Of a stretch of 45,427 nucleotides of DNA, positions 44,740 to 45,427 are shown in pieces. The stretch is taken from the NCBI GenBank assembly GCA_041546665.1, contig JBFEVY010000001.1, forward strand, positions 1 to 45,427, in the 5' to 3' direction. Under the pieces are notes generated by a model. It ran no database searches and was not told the DNA's origin. It was given only the letters and a program-made list of their open reading frames with translations. Positions within the stretch are counted from its first letter, which is position 1; every line of letters begins with the position of its first letter. The position numbers and the translations under genes are program-made. Source of the DNA: Spongiibacteraceae bacterium (GTDB lineage Bacteria > Pseudomonadota > Gammaproteobacteria > Pseudomonadales > Spongiibacteraceae).

Positions 44740-45427
44740 CTAACTCCTGATGCCGCCAGAGAACGTTTGCGACGGCGACTCACCAAACTCCTGAGCGTAC
44801 AACTTACTAAAATTACCAAAATGACAAAAGCCGCATCGCATGGCAATATCAGATATTTTTATGCCCACTCCCTCATGGCGGGAGAAGACCAGTAATTCCT
44901 TCGCTCTGCGAAGTCTGAGTTTGCGTAAATACAGCATCGGTGTGGTGTACTCGTATTGCTCAAAACCTTTTTGCAAACTTCTTGCACTCACACCAACATA
45001 ATTTGCAATATCCAGAACGGTTAGTTTCTGCGGATAATTTTCCTCCATGAACTCCTTCGCTTTAATGACAATTCTCGGTCTAACTCCATATTTAGTGTTT
45101 AGAATTTTTTCACTATAGCTATTTTCTTTAGAAAGCAGAGACATAGCCATAACCTGCTCTATTTTTTCAAACAACTCTGGATTTTTAGACATTTTATCCG
45201 AATAGGGGTTATTGATAATAAAGTTGGAGAGCGCCTCTGAAAACTCCCGCAAACAGGCAATACCGTTATCTGGAAGATTAAACTCAACCGGCTCCCTGGC
45301 CTCAATGCCGTAGCTTTGATACAAAGTTTCGTCCAGAAGGCGCCGATTAATCTTATAAATTAAATTAATACAGTCTTCGGACCAGCGCATATCTATATGC
45401 TTGTCGGCATCGAGTATGATTGGCTTC
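44740..45427 (-). CDS. AraC/XylS family transcriptional regulator (5'-partial)
   Basis: IANYVGVSARSLQKGF, PMLYLRKLRL, ISDIAMRCGFCHFGNFSKLYAQEFGESPSQT; frame stays open upstream of 45390 to the window end. Confidence 0.9.
   Translation of the reverse strand, partial: KPIILDADKHIDMRWSEDCINLIYKINRRLLDETLYQSYGIEAREPVEFNLPDNGIACLREFSEALSNFIINNPYSDKMSKNPELFEKIEQVMAMSLLSKENSYSEKILNTKYGVRPRIVIKAKEFMEENYPQKLTVLDIANYVGVSARSLQKGFEQYEYTTPMLYLRKLRLRRAKELLVFSRHEGVGIKISDIAMRCGFCHFGNFSKLYAQEFGESPSQTFSGGIRS

Overview
Gene-dense, GC-rich (about 55-60% by eye) window, probably from a Gram-negative proteobacterium; TonB-dependent receptors, a WS/DGAT and the leader style suggest a marine gammaproteobacterium (inference). 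Almost all of it is one catabolic island for an unidentified hydrophobic, probably cyclic or branched, substrate. Oxidative enzymes: a Rieske oxygenase alpha subunit (runs off the left edge, missed by the ORF track), two P450s (one CYP108-like), a Baeyer-Villiger monooxygenase, a KstD-like flavoprotein, an F420-type LLM oxidoreductase, an ALDH and an FMN hydroxy-acid oxidase. CoA chemistry: three CoA ligases, a DUF35/SCP2-thiolase pair, a split MFE-2-like hydratase/dehydrogenase and a non-canonical crotonase. Also present: hydrolases, two SnoaL proteins, two MFS permeases, two tandem paralogous TBDRs, a WS/DGAT with a histone-like tail, and TetR and AraC regulators. The clearest unannotated signal is a 19-bp palindrome (AAYTRAC-N5-RTYARTT) seen about 10 times, in every divergent promoter region of the island, pointing to one regulon. 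An unrelated DUF1294 / membrane protein / NERD-Zn-finger islet interrupts the island at about 5.6-7.9 kb. I saw no rRNA, tRNA, CRISPR array or transposase. All calls rest on motif reading and recalled family knowledge; no search was run.
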